This document shows, piece by piece, positions 11,175 through 19,708 of a DNA stretch of 24,000 nt; position 1 is the stretch's first letter, and each line of letters begins with the position of its first letter. The position numbers and the translations under genes were made by a program. The notes under the pieces were generated by a model that was not told the origin of the DNA, ran no database searches, and saw nothing but the letters and a program-made list of their open reading frames with translations. This stretch comes from Myxococcota bacterium. GTDB lineage: Bacteria; Myxococcota_A; UBA9160; UBA6930. Location of the stretch: assembly GCA_020027245.1 (NCBI GenBank), contig JAHRAN010000066.1, positions 6,994 to 30,993 of the forward strand, written 5' to 3'.

Positions 11175-14100
11175 TGAGCACCCTCGCGCACACTCTGCAG
11201 GAACTCGCCAGGCAGCGCATCCTGATCAAGGACGGCGCCTTCGGCACACTGGTGCAGGCCGAGGCGCTCGGCGAGCAGGACTTCCGTGGCGAGCGCTTTG
11301 GCGATCACCCGACAGACTTGAAGGGCAACACCGACATCCTGACGCTGAGCCGGCCCGAGCTGGTGCGCGACATCCACGAGCGCTTTCTCGAAGCGGGCGC
11401 CGACCTGCTCGGCACGAACACCTTCACCGCCAACGCGATTTCGCAGGCGGACTACAAAGCGGCGGCGTTCGTGCGCGAGATGAACCGGCGCGCGGCGGAG
11501 CTTGCGTGCGCGGCCGCCGAGGCCTGGTCGGCGAAGACCCCGCACAAGCCGCGCTTCGTGGCTGGCGCCATCGGCCCCACCAACCGCACGCTGTCGCTCT
11601 CCCCCGATGTGAACGACCCCGCGGCGCGCAGCATCACCTGGGATGAACTCGTCCGCGCCTACCGCGAGCAGGTGCGGGGACTGCTCGAAGGCGGCGCGCA
11701 GTTGCTGCTCATCGAGACCATCTTCGACACGCTGAATGCGAAAGCCGCGCTGGTTGCGATAGATGAGGTGTTCCGCGAGCGCGGCAAGCGCGTGCCGCTG
11801 CTGGTGTCGCTCACCGTCACCGACAACAGCGGCCGCACCTTGTCGGGGCAGACTGTTGACGCCTTCTATCATTCGATCCGCCACGCCGACCCGCTCTTCG
11901 TCGGCATCAACTGCTCGCTCGGCGCCGCGCATCTGCGGCCCTACCTCGTTGAACTCGCCGGGAGCGCGGACACCCTGACTTCCTGTTACCCGAACGCGGG
12001 CCTGCCGAATGCGATGGGCGAATATGATGAATCGCCAGCGCAGAGCGGCGCGCTGCTGCGCGAGTTCGGGGAGAGCGGCTTGCTCAATCTGGTCGGCGGT
12101 TGCTGCGGCATGGGGCCGGCGCACATCAAGGCCATCGCCGAGCAGGTCGAGGGCCTGCCGCCGCGCCAGCCGAACCGGGAGCGGCCCGCGCGCACCCGGT
12201 TCTCCGGGCTCGAAACCCTCGAACTGCGCCCCGAGAGCGGCTTTCAGATGATCGGCGAGCGCACCAATGTGACCGGCTCGGCGCGCTTTCGCCGCCTGAT
12301 CCGGGAGCAGGACTTCGAGGGCGCGAGCCGCGTGGCGCTCGATCAGGTGCGCGGCGGCGCCAACCTGCTCGATGTCAACATGGACGAGGGCCTGCTCGAC
12401 AGCGCCGCCTGCATGCGCCGCTTCCTGAACACGATCGCCGCCGATCCCGAAATCGCGCGCGTGCCGGTGATGATTGACAGCTCGAAGTTCGAGGTGATCG
12501 AGGCCGGGCTGCAGTGCTGTCAGGGCAAGAGCGTCGTCAACTCCATCTCGCTGAAGGATGGCGAGCCGCGTTTTCTGGAAACCGCCAGACAGGTGCGGCG
12601 CTACGGCGCGGCGGTGGTGGTGATGGCCTTCGATGAAAAAGGCCAGGCCGACACGCTCGCGCGCAAGGTCGAGATCTGCAAGCGCGCCTTCGATCTGCTG
12701 ACGCAGCAGGCCGGGTTCCCGCCCGAGGACATCATCTTCGACCCGAACATTCTGGCGATCGGCACCGGCCTGGAGGAGCACGCCGCCTACGCGCTGGCCT
12801 TCATCGAGGCGACCCGCGAGATCAAGAAGCGCTGCCCCGGCGTGCACATCTCCGGCGGCGTTTCGAACCTCTCGTTCTCTTTCCGCGGCAACGACCGGGT
12901 GCGCGAGGCAATCCACTCGGCGTTTCTCTATCACGCGGTGCAGGCTGGCCTCGACATGGGCATCGTGAACGCCGGGCAGCTCGAGGTGTATGAGGACATC
13001 CCCGAAGCGTTGCGCGAGCGCGTCGAGGACCTGCTGCTGAACCGCCGCCCCGACGCCACCGAGCGGCTGGTGGACTTCGCAAGCAGCGTTCGCGGCGGAT
13101 CAAAAACAAAAACGCGCGAGCGCGATGAGGGCTGGCGCGAGCTGCCGGTCAAAAAGCGTCTCGCACACGCGCTGCGCCACGGCATCACCGACTGGATCGA
13201 AGCGGACACCGAAGAGGCGCGGCGCGAACTCGGCCAGCCGCTTCTCGTCATCGAAGGCCCCTTGATGGACGGCATGAACGAGGTCGGCGAACTCTTCGGC
13301 AGCGGACAGATGTTCCTGCCGCAGGTGGTGAAGAGCGCGCGCGCAATGAAACAGGCGGTGGCCGTGCTCGAACCCTGGATGGAGACCGAGCGCGCGCAGG
13401 GCGGAGCATCGAACAAGGGGCGCGTGGTGATCGCCACCGTGAAGGGCGATGTACACGACATCGGCAAAAACATCGTCGCCGTGGTGCTGCGCTGCAACAA
13501 CTATGAGGTCATTGATCTCGGCGTGATGGCGCCGGTCGAGAAAATTCTCGAAACGGCGCGCGAGAAGGACTGCGATCTGATCGGCCTCTCCGGTCTGATC
13601 ACACCGAGCCTCGACGAGATGCAAAATGTGGCGAAGGAAATGCAGCGGCGCGGCGTGACCCTGCCGCTGCTGATCGGCGGCGCCACGACGAGCCGGAAGC
13701 ACACTGCAGTGCGCATCGCGCCCGCCTTCGAGGCGCAGCCGGTGCTGCACGTGAAGGACGCATCGCGCGCGGTCGGCGTGGTCGCGCAACTGCTCGACCC
13801 CGACAAGCGGCGCACACTCGACGCCGATAACCGCCGCCAGCAAGAGCAACTGCGCGCGCTGCACGCCGGGCAACTCCAGCGGGAGCGGCTCAGCCTCGAA
13901 GCGGCGCGGGCGGCAAAGCCGCAACTCGAATGGCGCGACGAGGCGCCGGCCACGCCCACCTTTCTGGGCCGCCGCGCGCTGCAAGCGCCACTCGAAGAAT
14001 TGCGCGAAACCATAGACTGGAGCTTCTTTTTCAGCGCCTGGGAATTGCGCGGGCGCTACCCCGCCATCCTCGATCACCCGCAGAAGGGCGAGGAGGCGCG

Positions 14101-14869
14101 ACGGCTTTACGACGACGCCAACCGCCTGCTCGACCGCATCATCGCCGAGGGGTTGATCGAGGCGCGCGGCGTTTATGGCTTCTGGCGCGCCGCCGCAGAC
14201 GGTGACGACATCGTGCTCTACGACGACAAAGACCCGACCCGCGAGCGCTGCCGCTTCCCGATGCTGCGGCAGCAACACCCGAAGGGCAGCAGCGAGCCTT
14301 GCCGGTCGCTCTCCGACTTCGTGGCGCCACGGGGTTCGGGCAGCGGCGATTCGGTCGGCGCGTTCGCGGTCACCGCGGGCATCGGCGCCGATGAACTGGC
14401 GCGGCGCTTCGAGCAGGACGAGAACGACCCCTACCAGTCCATCATGGTCAAGGCGCTGGCCGACCGGCTGGCCGAGAGTTTCGCCGAGTGGCTGCACGCA
14501 CGCGTTCGCCGCGAGTGGGGCTACGGCCGCGACGAGAACTTCACGAACGAGGAGTTGATAGCAGAGCGCTATCGCGGCATCCGCCCGGCCTTCGGTTACC
14601 CGGCCTGCCCCGATCACAGCCGCAAAGGCACCCTCTTCGAGTTGCTCGACGCCGAACAGCAGGGCATCGCGCTGACCGGGAGCATGATGATGACTCCCGC
14701 CGCCAGCGTCTCGGGACTGTACTTCGCGCATCCGAAAGCGCGGTACTTCGACATCGGGCGCATCGGACGCGACCAGGTGCAGGACTACGCCGCGCGCTGC
14801 GGCTGCGAGGTCGCCGAGGTCGAGCGCTGGCTCGCGTCGAACCTCGGCTACGAACCGGCAGCGCGCTGA
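11174..14869 (+). CDS. metH: cobalamin-dependent methionine synthase, full-length
   Basis: 1231 aa from the ATG at 11174. Homocysteine-binding domain ([12 protein letters not shown]), pterin-binding ([16 protein letters not shown]), B12-binding ([11 protein letters not shown] ... [11 protein letters not shown]) and activation domain ([16 protein letters not shown]). Start overlaps the upstream stop (TGATG). Confidence 0.96.
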   Translation: MSTLAHTLQELARQRILIKDGAFGTLVQAEALGEQDFRGERFGDHPTDLKGNTDILTLSRPELVRDIHERFLEAGADLLGTNTFTANAISQADYKAAAFVREMNRRAAELACAAAEAWSAKTPHKPRFVAGAIGPTNRTLSLSPDVNDPAARSITWDELVRAYREQVRGLLEGGAQLLLIETIFDTLNAKAALVAIDEVFRERGKRVPLLVSLTVTDNSGRTLSGQTVDAFYHSIRHADPLFVGINCSLGAAHLRPYLVELAGSADTLTSCYPNAGLPNAMGEYDESPAQSGALLREFGESGLLNLVGGCCGMGPAHIKAIAEQVEGLPPRQPNRERPARTRFSGLETLELRPESGFQMIGERTNVTGSARFRRLIREQDFEGASRVALDQVRGGANLLDVNMDEGLLDSAACMRRFLNTIAADPEIARVPVMIDSSKFEVIEAGLQCCQGKSVVNSISLKDGEPRFLETARQVRRYGAAVVVMAFDEKGQADTLARKVEICKRAFDLLTQQAGFPPEDIIFDPNILAIGTGLEEHAAYALAFIEATREIKKRCPGVHISGGVSNLSFSFRGNDRVREAIHSAFLYHAVQAGLDMGIVNAGQLEVYEDIPEALRERVEDLLLNRRPDATERLVDFASSVRGGSKTKTRERDEGWRELPVKKRLAHALRHGITDWIEADTEEARRELGQPLLVIEGPLMDGMNEVGELFGSGQMFLPQVVKSARAMKQAVAVLEPWMETERAQGGASNKGRVVIATVKGDVHDIGKNIVAVVLRCNNYEVIDLGVMAPVEKILETAREKDCDLIGLSGLITPSLDEMQNVAKEMQRRGVTLPLLIGGATTSRKHTAVRIAPAFEAQPVLHVKDASRAVGVVAQLLDPDKRRTLDADNRRQQEQLRALHAGQLQRERLSLEAARAAKPQLEWRDEAPATPTFLGRRALQAPLEELRETIDWSFFFSAWELRGRYPAILDHPQKGEEARRLYDDANRLLDRIIAEGLIEARGVYGFWRAAADGDDIVLYDDKDPTRERCRFPMLRQQHPKGSSEPCRSLSDFVAPRGSGSGDSVGAFAVTAGIGADELARRFEQDENDPYQSIMVKALADRLAESFAEWLHARVRREWGYGRDENFTNEELIAERYRGIRPAFGYPACPDHSRKGTLFELLDAEQQGIALTGSMMMTPAASVSGLYFAHPKARYFDIGRIGRDQVQDYAARCGCEVAEVERWLASNLGYEPAAR

Positions 14870-14870
14870 A

Positions 14871-15000
14871 CTCCGGCAGCGGCTCGGCGCGGTCAACGGG
14901 CGGGGCGGGTTCCGGCGGCGGCTCGGACAGCCGCTCGGGGCGGTCAACAGGATGGGCGGGGTGCGTAGCACCCCGGTCGCGGTCAACGGGAGTGAGGCGC
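14871..15000 (+). repeat. degenerate ~39-bp direct repeats, site A (between metH and HAD gene)
   Basis: Unit 14871-14909 ctccggcagcggctcggcgcggtcaacgggcggggcggg; unit 14910-14960 (51 nt, about 12 nt longer); partial, degenerate unit 14961-15000. Related to site B at 15833-15949. Confidence 0.85.
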
Positions 15001-15067
15001 TGTGTTGTTAAAGACTCGGCGGGGGGCGACAGCACACGCCCCGCGGCTTTTGCTCTAGGCTCGTGGC

Positions 15068-15766
15068 ATGACCCGGCGCATTCAGGCTGCGCTCTTCGAT
15101 GTGGCGGGAACCCTGCTGCTGCTGCGCGAGCCGGTCGGCGTCTGCTACGCGCGCATCGCCCGAAGTCACGGCGTAACGCTGCCCGCCGCGCGGCTGGACG
15201 AGGCCTTCGCGCGCGTATTTGCGGCGGCGCCCGCCAATGTTCACCCGGGGCAGCCGATGTGGAAGAGCGCCAGGCTCGAGCGCGAGTGGTGGCGCGCGCG
15301 GCTGCGTGAGACTTTTCGCGCCGCCGACCAGAGCGTGTGCTTCAATAACTTCAATACTTTTTATGACGAGGTCTGGGCGCACTACGCCTCGCCCGCAGCC
15401 TGGCGCGTGGCCGACGGCGCGCGCGAAGCGCTCAGCAAGCTGGCGGCATCCGGCGTGCTGCTCGGCGCGCTGTCGAACTTCGATCAGCGCCTGCGGCCAC
15501 TGCTCACCGCCTTCGAGCTGCACGCCTGCTTCGACGCCGTCACCACCCCCGCCGACGCAGGCGCCGCAAAGCCCGACCGCGCCATCTTCGATGTCTGCCT
15601 GAAGCGGCTCAACACGCCTGCGCCGCGCGCGCTGTACATCGGCAACCAGGCAGCCGGGGACATCGAGGCGGCCCGCGCCGCCGGCCTTCACGCCATCGCC
15701 GTGGAGCAAATCCAGAGCCTCGCGGCGCTGCCGGACGAAGTCGCCCGCATCGAGGCCAGCGAATGA
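15068..15766 (+). CDS. HAD-superfamily hydrolase-like protein (HDHD3/REG-2-like subfamily)
   Basis: 232 aa; LFDVAGTLLLLREPVG, GALSNFDQRL, AAKPDRAIFDVCL and YIGNQAAGDIEAARAAGLHAI in HAD motif order. Confidence 0.85.
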   Translation: MTRRIQAALFDVAGTLLLLREPVGVCYARIARSHGVTLPAARLDEAFARVFAAAPANVHPGQPMWKSARLEREWWRARLRETFRAADQSVCFNNFNTFYDEVWAHYASPAAWRVADGAREALSKLAASGVLLGALSNFDQRLRPLLTAFELHACFDAVTTPADAGAAKPDRAIFDVCLKRLNTPAPRALYIGNQAAGDIEAARAAGLHAIAVEQIQSLAALPDEVARIEASE

Positions 15767-15832
15767 CGAAACCCCGGCCGCACTCCGCTACGCTGCTAGA
15801 TTGGCAAGTGCGCAGGCGGCGCCATACGACGC

Positions 15833-15949
15833 CTCCGGCAGCCGCCCGGGGCGGTCAAAAGGATGGGCGGATTCCGGCAGCGGCTCGGCGCGGTCCAAAG
15901 GCTGGGCGAGTTCCGGCAGCCGCTCGGGGCGGTCAACGGGATGGAGCGC
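15833..15949 (+). repeat. three tandem 39-bp direct repeats, site B (between HAD gene and MBL-fold gene)
   Basis: 15833-15871 ctccggcagccgcccggggcggtcaaaaggatgggcgga; 15872-15910 ttccggcagcggctcggcgcggtccaaaggctgggcgag; 15911-15949 ttccggcagccgctcggggcggtcaacgggatggagcgc. Confidence 0.93.
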
Positions 15950-15989
15950 GCCGCGCGACGCAACGCGTCGCTCGGCGCGCGGAGGATTG

Positions 15990-16874
15990 ATGGCGGACGC
16001 ACCCGTACTGCTGGGGATGGAGTTGCCGGACACCGACGTCTGGTCGGAGCGCGTCACCGTGGCGCTCGGCCAGAACCCGGGCGCGTTCACCGGCCCCGGC
16101 ACCAACACCTACCTGATCGGCCGCGGGGTCAAACGCCTGCTGCTCGACCCCGGCGAGGGGCGCGCGGCATACCTGCCGGTGCTCGAAGCCGCCCTCGAGC
16201 GCGCGGAATGCGAGGGCATCGAGGCCATTGTGCTGACCCACGCGCACCCCGACCACATCGGCGGCGTGCGCTCGGTGCGGGAGCGCTTTGGCCGTGTGCC
16301 CGTCTTCAAGTTTCTTCACGCCGAGTGCGACGCGGGCTACGAAGACCTCGATCTCCAGCCGCTCGCCGACGGTGAGCGCATCGAAACCACGGGCGCCACG
16401 CTGCGCGGTCTGCACACGCCGGGGCATGCGCGCGATCACCTCTGCTTCGTGCTCGAAGAAGAGCGGGCGCTGTTCTCCGGCGACAACGTGCTGGGCGTCG
16501 GCACAACCGTGATCCCCCTCGGCAGCGGCGACCTCGGCGCCTACATGGCCTCGCTCGAGCGGCTGCTGGCCGAGGCGCCGCGCTGCATCTACCCGGCGCA
16601 TGGCCCGAAAATCGAGGACGGGGTCGGCAAGCTGCGCGAGTACATCGCGCACCGAAATCAGCGCGAAGCGCAGGTGAGAGCGGAACTCGAGCGCGGGCCG
16701 CGCGACGCCATGGGCATCGTGCGCGTGCTGTATGAGGCGTACCCGGCCACTCTGCATCCGGTGGCGGCCCAGTCGGTGTGTCAGCACCTGCTGAAGCTCG
16801 AACGCGAGGGGCGGGTGCGTTGCGATGGCAAAGACCCGCTCGAAGCCACCTGGCGCGCGACCACCGAAGCCTGA
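15990..16874 (+). CDS. metallo-beta-lactamase-fold hydrolase (LACTB2-like)
   Basis: From the ATG at 15990 with GGAGG upstream: MADAPVLLGMELPDTD ... GPGTNTYLIG ... VLTHAHPDHIGGV (HxHxDH) ... HTPGHARDHLCF ... FSGDNVLG. Confidence 0.9.
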   Translation: MADAPVLLGMELPDTDVWSERVTVALGQNPGAFTGPGTNTYLIGRGVKRLLLDPGEGRAAYLPVLEAALERAECEGIEAIVLTHAHPDHIGGVRSVRERFGRVPVFKFLHAECDAGYEDLDLQPLADGERIETTGATLRGLHTPGHARDHLCFVLEEERALFSGDNVLGVGTTVIPLGSGDLGAYMASLERLLAEAPRCIYPAHGPKIEDGVGKLREYIAHRNQREAQVRAELERGPRDAMGIVRVLYEAYPATLHPVAAQSVCQHLLKLEREGRVRCDGKDPLEATWRATTEA

Positions 16875-16961
16875 TGTGCGCCACCCGTGGCCGCCACTTG
16901 CCCACCCGCGCCACGGGCTGTATTTTGGAACACACCGTCACCTGCAAAGGAGAACCAGACC

Positions 16962-17387
16962 ATGGCCACGTTGAAAGGCAGCCGCACGCATCAGAACCTG
17001 AAGGACGCCTTCGCCGGCGAGTCCCAGGCCAACCGGCGCTACCTGTATTTCGCCCGGCAGGCGGACATCGAGGGCTACCCGGATGTCGGCGGGTTGTTCC
17101 GCGACACGGCCGAGGCCGAGACCGGCCACGCCCACGGCCACCTCGACTACCTGAAGGCGGTCGGCGACCCGGCCACCGATAAACCCATCGGCTCGACCGA
17201 CAAGAACCTGGTCGCCGCGGTGACCGGCGAGACTTTTGAGTACACCGAGATGTACCCGGGCATGGCGAAAACCGCGCGTGACGAGCAGCACGCGGAGATC
17301 GCCGAGTGGTTCGAAACACTCGCCAAAGCCGAGAAGAGTCACGCGGGTCGCTTCCAGAAGGCGCTCGACGAACTCGAGAGCCTCTAG
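16962..17387 (+). CDS. rubrerythrin-family protein without rubredoxin domain
   Basis: [39 protein letters not shown] ... [15 protein letters not shown] ... [23 protein letters not shown]; ferritin-like di-iron E/ExxH motifs; AAAGGAGA Shine-Dalgarno. Confidence 0.93.
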   Translation: MATLKGSRTHQNLKDAFAGESQANRRYLYFARQADIEGYPDVGGLFRDTAEAETGHAHGHLDYLKAVGDPATDKPIGSTDKNLVAAVTGETFEYTEMYPGMAKTARDEQHAEIAEWFETLAKAEKSHAGRFQKALDELESL

Positions 17388-17389
17388 GC

Positions 17390-17432
17390 GCGGGGCGGCG
17401 GCGGCAGCCCCGGCGGGCGACCGCCGCCCTGC
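17390..17432 (+). other. GC-rich 12-bp hairpin in the rubrerythrin / Fe-S protein spacer
   Basis: GCGGGGCGGCGG (17390-17401) pairs with CCGCCGCCCTGC (17421-17432), one G-T wobble, 19-nt loop, no following T-tract. Confidence 0.7.
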
Positions 17433-17463
17433 CCCAGCATCCACGGGGAGGGGTTAAACGGCA

Positions 17464-18774
17464 ATGAAGGTCGAGTTGCCGGAAAAGCCGAGTGGCGAGT
17501 GGCGCTACCACGACCCCGATTTTGGCGATTTCCACAAACTCGAACGGGAGCTGCGCCGGGTCGCGGACATCTGCCACCAGTGTCGCCGCTGCCTGCCGCT
17601 CTGTCCCTCGTTCCCGAAGCTCTTCGAGCTGGTGGACGCCAGCGCGGACGAAGTGGCGGGCGTCGCACTCGAGGGTTTCGATCAGGTCAACGAACTCTGT
17701 TACCACTGCAAGCTCTGTTACAACCACTGCCCCTACACGCCGCCCCACGAGTGGGATGTTGATTTTCCCGCGCTGATGCGCCGTCACCAGCAGGCGCGCG
17801 CAAGGCGTGACGGCGTGCCGCTGGCGCGACGGCTCACCACGCGCACGGATCTGCTCGGCAAGCTCGGCGCGCTGACGCCGCCGCTGATGAACTTCGCCAA
17901 CCGGAACCGCCTGTCCCGCGTGATGATGGAAAAAATTCTCGGCATCCACCGCGACTGGGTGCAGCCCGCCTTCCACCATCAGACCGTGAAGCGCTGGTTT
18001 AACCGCCGCCGCCGCCGCGCCGCCGCGCCAGCGACGGAAAGCAGCGCCCCGAACGGGCGCGTGGCGTTCTTCACCACCTGCTCGGTGAACTACAACGACC
18101 CGGTCGTCGGACGCGCCGCCGTGCGCGTGCTCGAACACAACGATGTGCTGGTGGAACTGGTCTATGAGCGCTGCTGCGGCATGCCCTTCACCGATACCGG
18201 CGACCTCGACGCGGCACGACGCAACGCCGAGCGCAATGTCGCCGACCTGCTGCCGCAGGTCGAAGCCGGCGCGCTGATCGTCGCGCCGGGGCCGTCGTGC
18301 TCGCTGATGCTGAAGGAGGAATACCCGCGGCTCTTGCCGGAGAGTGCCGCTGCAAAGCGCGTCGCCGCCGCCACGCGCGACCTGATGGAATACCTGCACG
18401 GTCTGGCGAAGGAGAAGAAACTGAAGCGGGACTTCAAACATTCCTTCGGGCGGGTCGCCTGCCACGCGCCCTGCCATCTGCGCGCGCAGAACATCGGCTT
18501 CCGCTCGCGCGACCTGCTCCGACTCTGCGCCGATGAGGTCGAGTTGGTGGACGCCTGCTCGGGTGTGGACGGCACCTGGGGCATGCAGGCGCGCTTTCAC
18601 GACGCCTCGCTGCAGGTGGCGGACAAAATGCTGAGCCGCATCAAAGCCACCGCTGCCGACCAGGTCAGCACCGACTGCCCGCTTTCTGCGCTGCGCATCG
18701 AAGAGGGGCTCGGCATCAAGGCCCGTCACCCCGTCGTGCTGCTCTGCGAAGCGTATGGGCTGCCGACGACATGA
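17464..18774 (+). CDS. GlpC/heterodisulfide-reductase-like Fe-S oxidoreductase
   Basis: Two 4Fe-4S motifs (CHQCRRCLPLCP, CYHCKLCYNHCPY) and two CCG-type motifs (CCGMPFTDTGD; CHAPCHLRAQ...CSGVDGTWGM). Confidence 0.92.
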   Translation: MKVELPEKPSGEWRYHDPDFGDFHKLERELRRVADICHQCRRCLPLCPSFPKLFELVDASADEVAGVALEGFDQVNELCYHCKLCYNHCPYTPPHEWDVDFPALMRRHQQARARRDGVPLARRLTTRTDLLGKLGALTPPLMNFANRNRLSRVMMEKILGIHRDWVQPAFHHQTVKRWFNRRRRRAAAPATESSAPNGRVAFFTTCSVNYNDPVVGRAAVRVLEHNDVLVELVYERCCGMPFTDTGDLDAARRNAERNVADLLPQVEAGALIVAPGPSCSLMLKEEYPRLLPESAAAKRVAAATRDLMEYLHGLAKEKKLKRDFKHSFGRVACHAPCHLRAQNIGFRSRDLLRLCADEVELVDACSGVDGTWGMQARFHDASLQVADKMLSRIKATAADQVSTDCPLSALRIEEGLGIKARHPVVLLCEAYGLPTT

Positions 18775-19685
18775 AGCCGCTCGCGCCCGGGGACATTCCG
18801 ACGCCGGCGGTGTTCGAAGCGGCGCGCAGGGAATTGCGCGCGCGCATCATCGCGCACAAGGCGCAGCGCCGGGTCGCCATCGGCGAGAATGTGACGCTGC
18901 TCTTCGAGGACCGCGAAACGCTGCGCTGGCAGGTGCTCGAAATGCGCCGCGCCGAGGGCGCGCACAGCGCTTCGAGCCTGCAACACGAGCTCGATGTGTA
19001 CAACGAGTTGATGCCCGGTGAGCGCGAGCTTTCCGCCACGCTGTTCATCGAGATCACCGAGCTCGCAAACATCCGCCCCGAACTCGACCGGCTGGTCGGT
19101 CTCGACGAGCATGTACAGATGCGCATCGGCGAGAGCGCGTTGCGGGCGCGCTTCGACGAGAAGCAACTCGAAGCGGACAGGCTTTCCGCCGTGCAGTACA
19201 TCCGCTTTTCACTCGATGCGGCGCAGGTGCGCGCATTCGGCGACCCGGATATTCCCGCGACGCTGGCCACCACGCACCCCGCCTATCGGAACGAGGCCAC
19301 GCTGACGAGCGAGCTGCGCGCGGCGCTGGCGCGCGACTTCGAAGGCGGCTGCAGTCCGTTGCTGGATTTTGCGAAATTCGCGCCGGTGACACAGGAAATG
19401 CGGTCGCAGGAATTGTTGCGGGCTGCAGAAGCCAACGCAATGGAAGCGCGACGCCTGTTCGACATCGCGCCGGATTCTGTTGAAGACAAAGCATTCGAAC
19501 TGATGAACGCGGTCGTCAACGCGGAAGCACAGGCGCGCGCTTTTAACGCGCGCGCGCGGCGCGCGGCGCGGCTCAAAAAAGACCCAAAAAGCGCGGCGCA
19601 TTTCGAAGCGTCCGCAACCGAACACATCAACGCTGGCGCCGCCCGGCTCGCAGAACTCGGCGAACTTTGCGAGCGCAGCGACTAG
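18771..19685 (+). CDS. DUF3501-like protein with C-terminal extension
   Basis: MKPLAPGDIPTPAVFEAARRELRARIIAHKAQRRVAIGENVTLLFEDRETLRWQVLEMRRAE...YNELMPGERELSATLFIEI...; position next to the rubrerythrin/Fe-S protein pair matches known neighbourhoods; ATGA overlap with upstream gene. Confidence 0.82.
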   Translation: MKPLAPGDIPTPAVFEAARRELRARIIAHKAQRRVAIGENVTLLFEDRETLRWQVLEMRRAEGAHSASSLQHELDVYNELMPGERELSATLFIEITELANIRPELDRLVGLDEHVQMRIGESALRARFDEKQLEADRLSAVQYIRFSLDAAQVRAFGDPDIPATLATTHPAYRNEATLTSELRAALARDFEGGCSPLLDFAKFAPVTQEMRSQELLRAAEANAMEARRLFDIAPDSVEDKAFELMNAVVNAEAQARAFNARARRAARLKKDPKSAAHFEASATEHINAGAARLAELGELCERSD

Positions 19686-19708
19686 CGCGCATTTGGGGGT
19701 GACTCCAG

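Noticed and set aside
10613-12934. 773-aa minus-strand ORF opposite metH and the ArsR fusion
   Set aside because: Antisense to well-supported coding sequence and has no recognisable domain; a GC-bias artefact.
13100-14986. 628-aa minus-strand ORF opposite metH that runs into repeat site A
   Set aside because: Antisense to the metH B12 and activation domains; no start context or domain support.
14871-15949. Possible CRISPR array from the 39-bp repeats
   Set aside because: Units are directly adjacent without unique spacers, are degenerate, and no cas genes are present; this is a minisatellite-like or dispersed repeat.
16306-18729. 807-aa minus-strand ORF spanning MBL hydrolase, rubrerythrin and Fe-S protein genes
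   Set aside because: Crosses several convincing plus-strand genes and has composition typical of antisense GC-rich frames.
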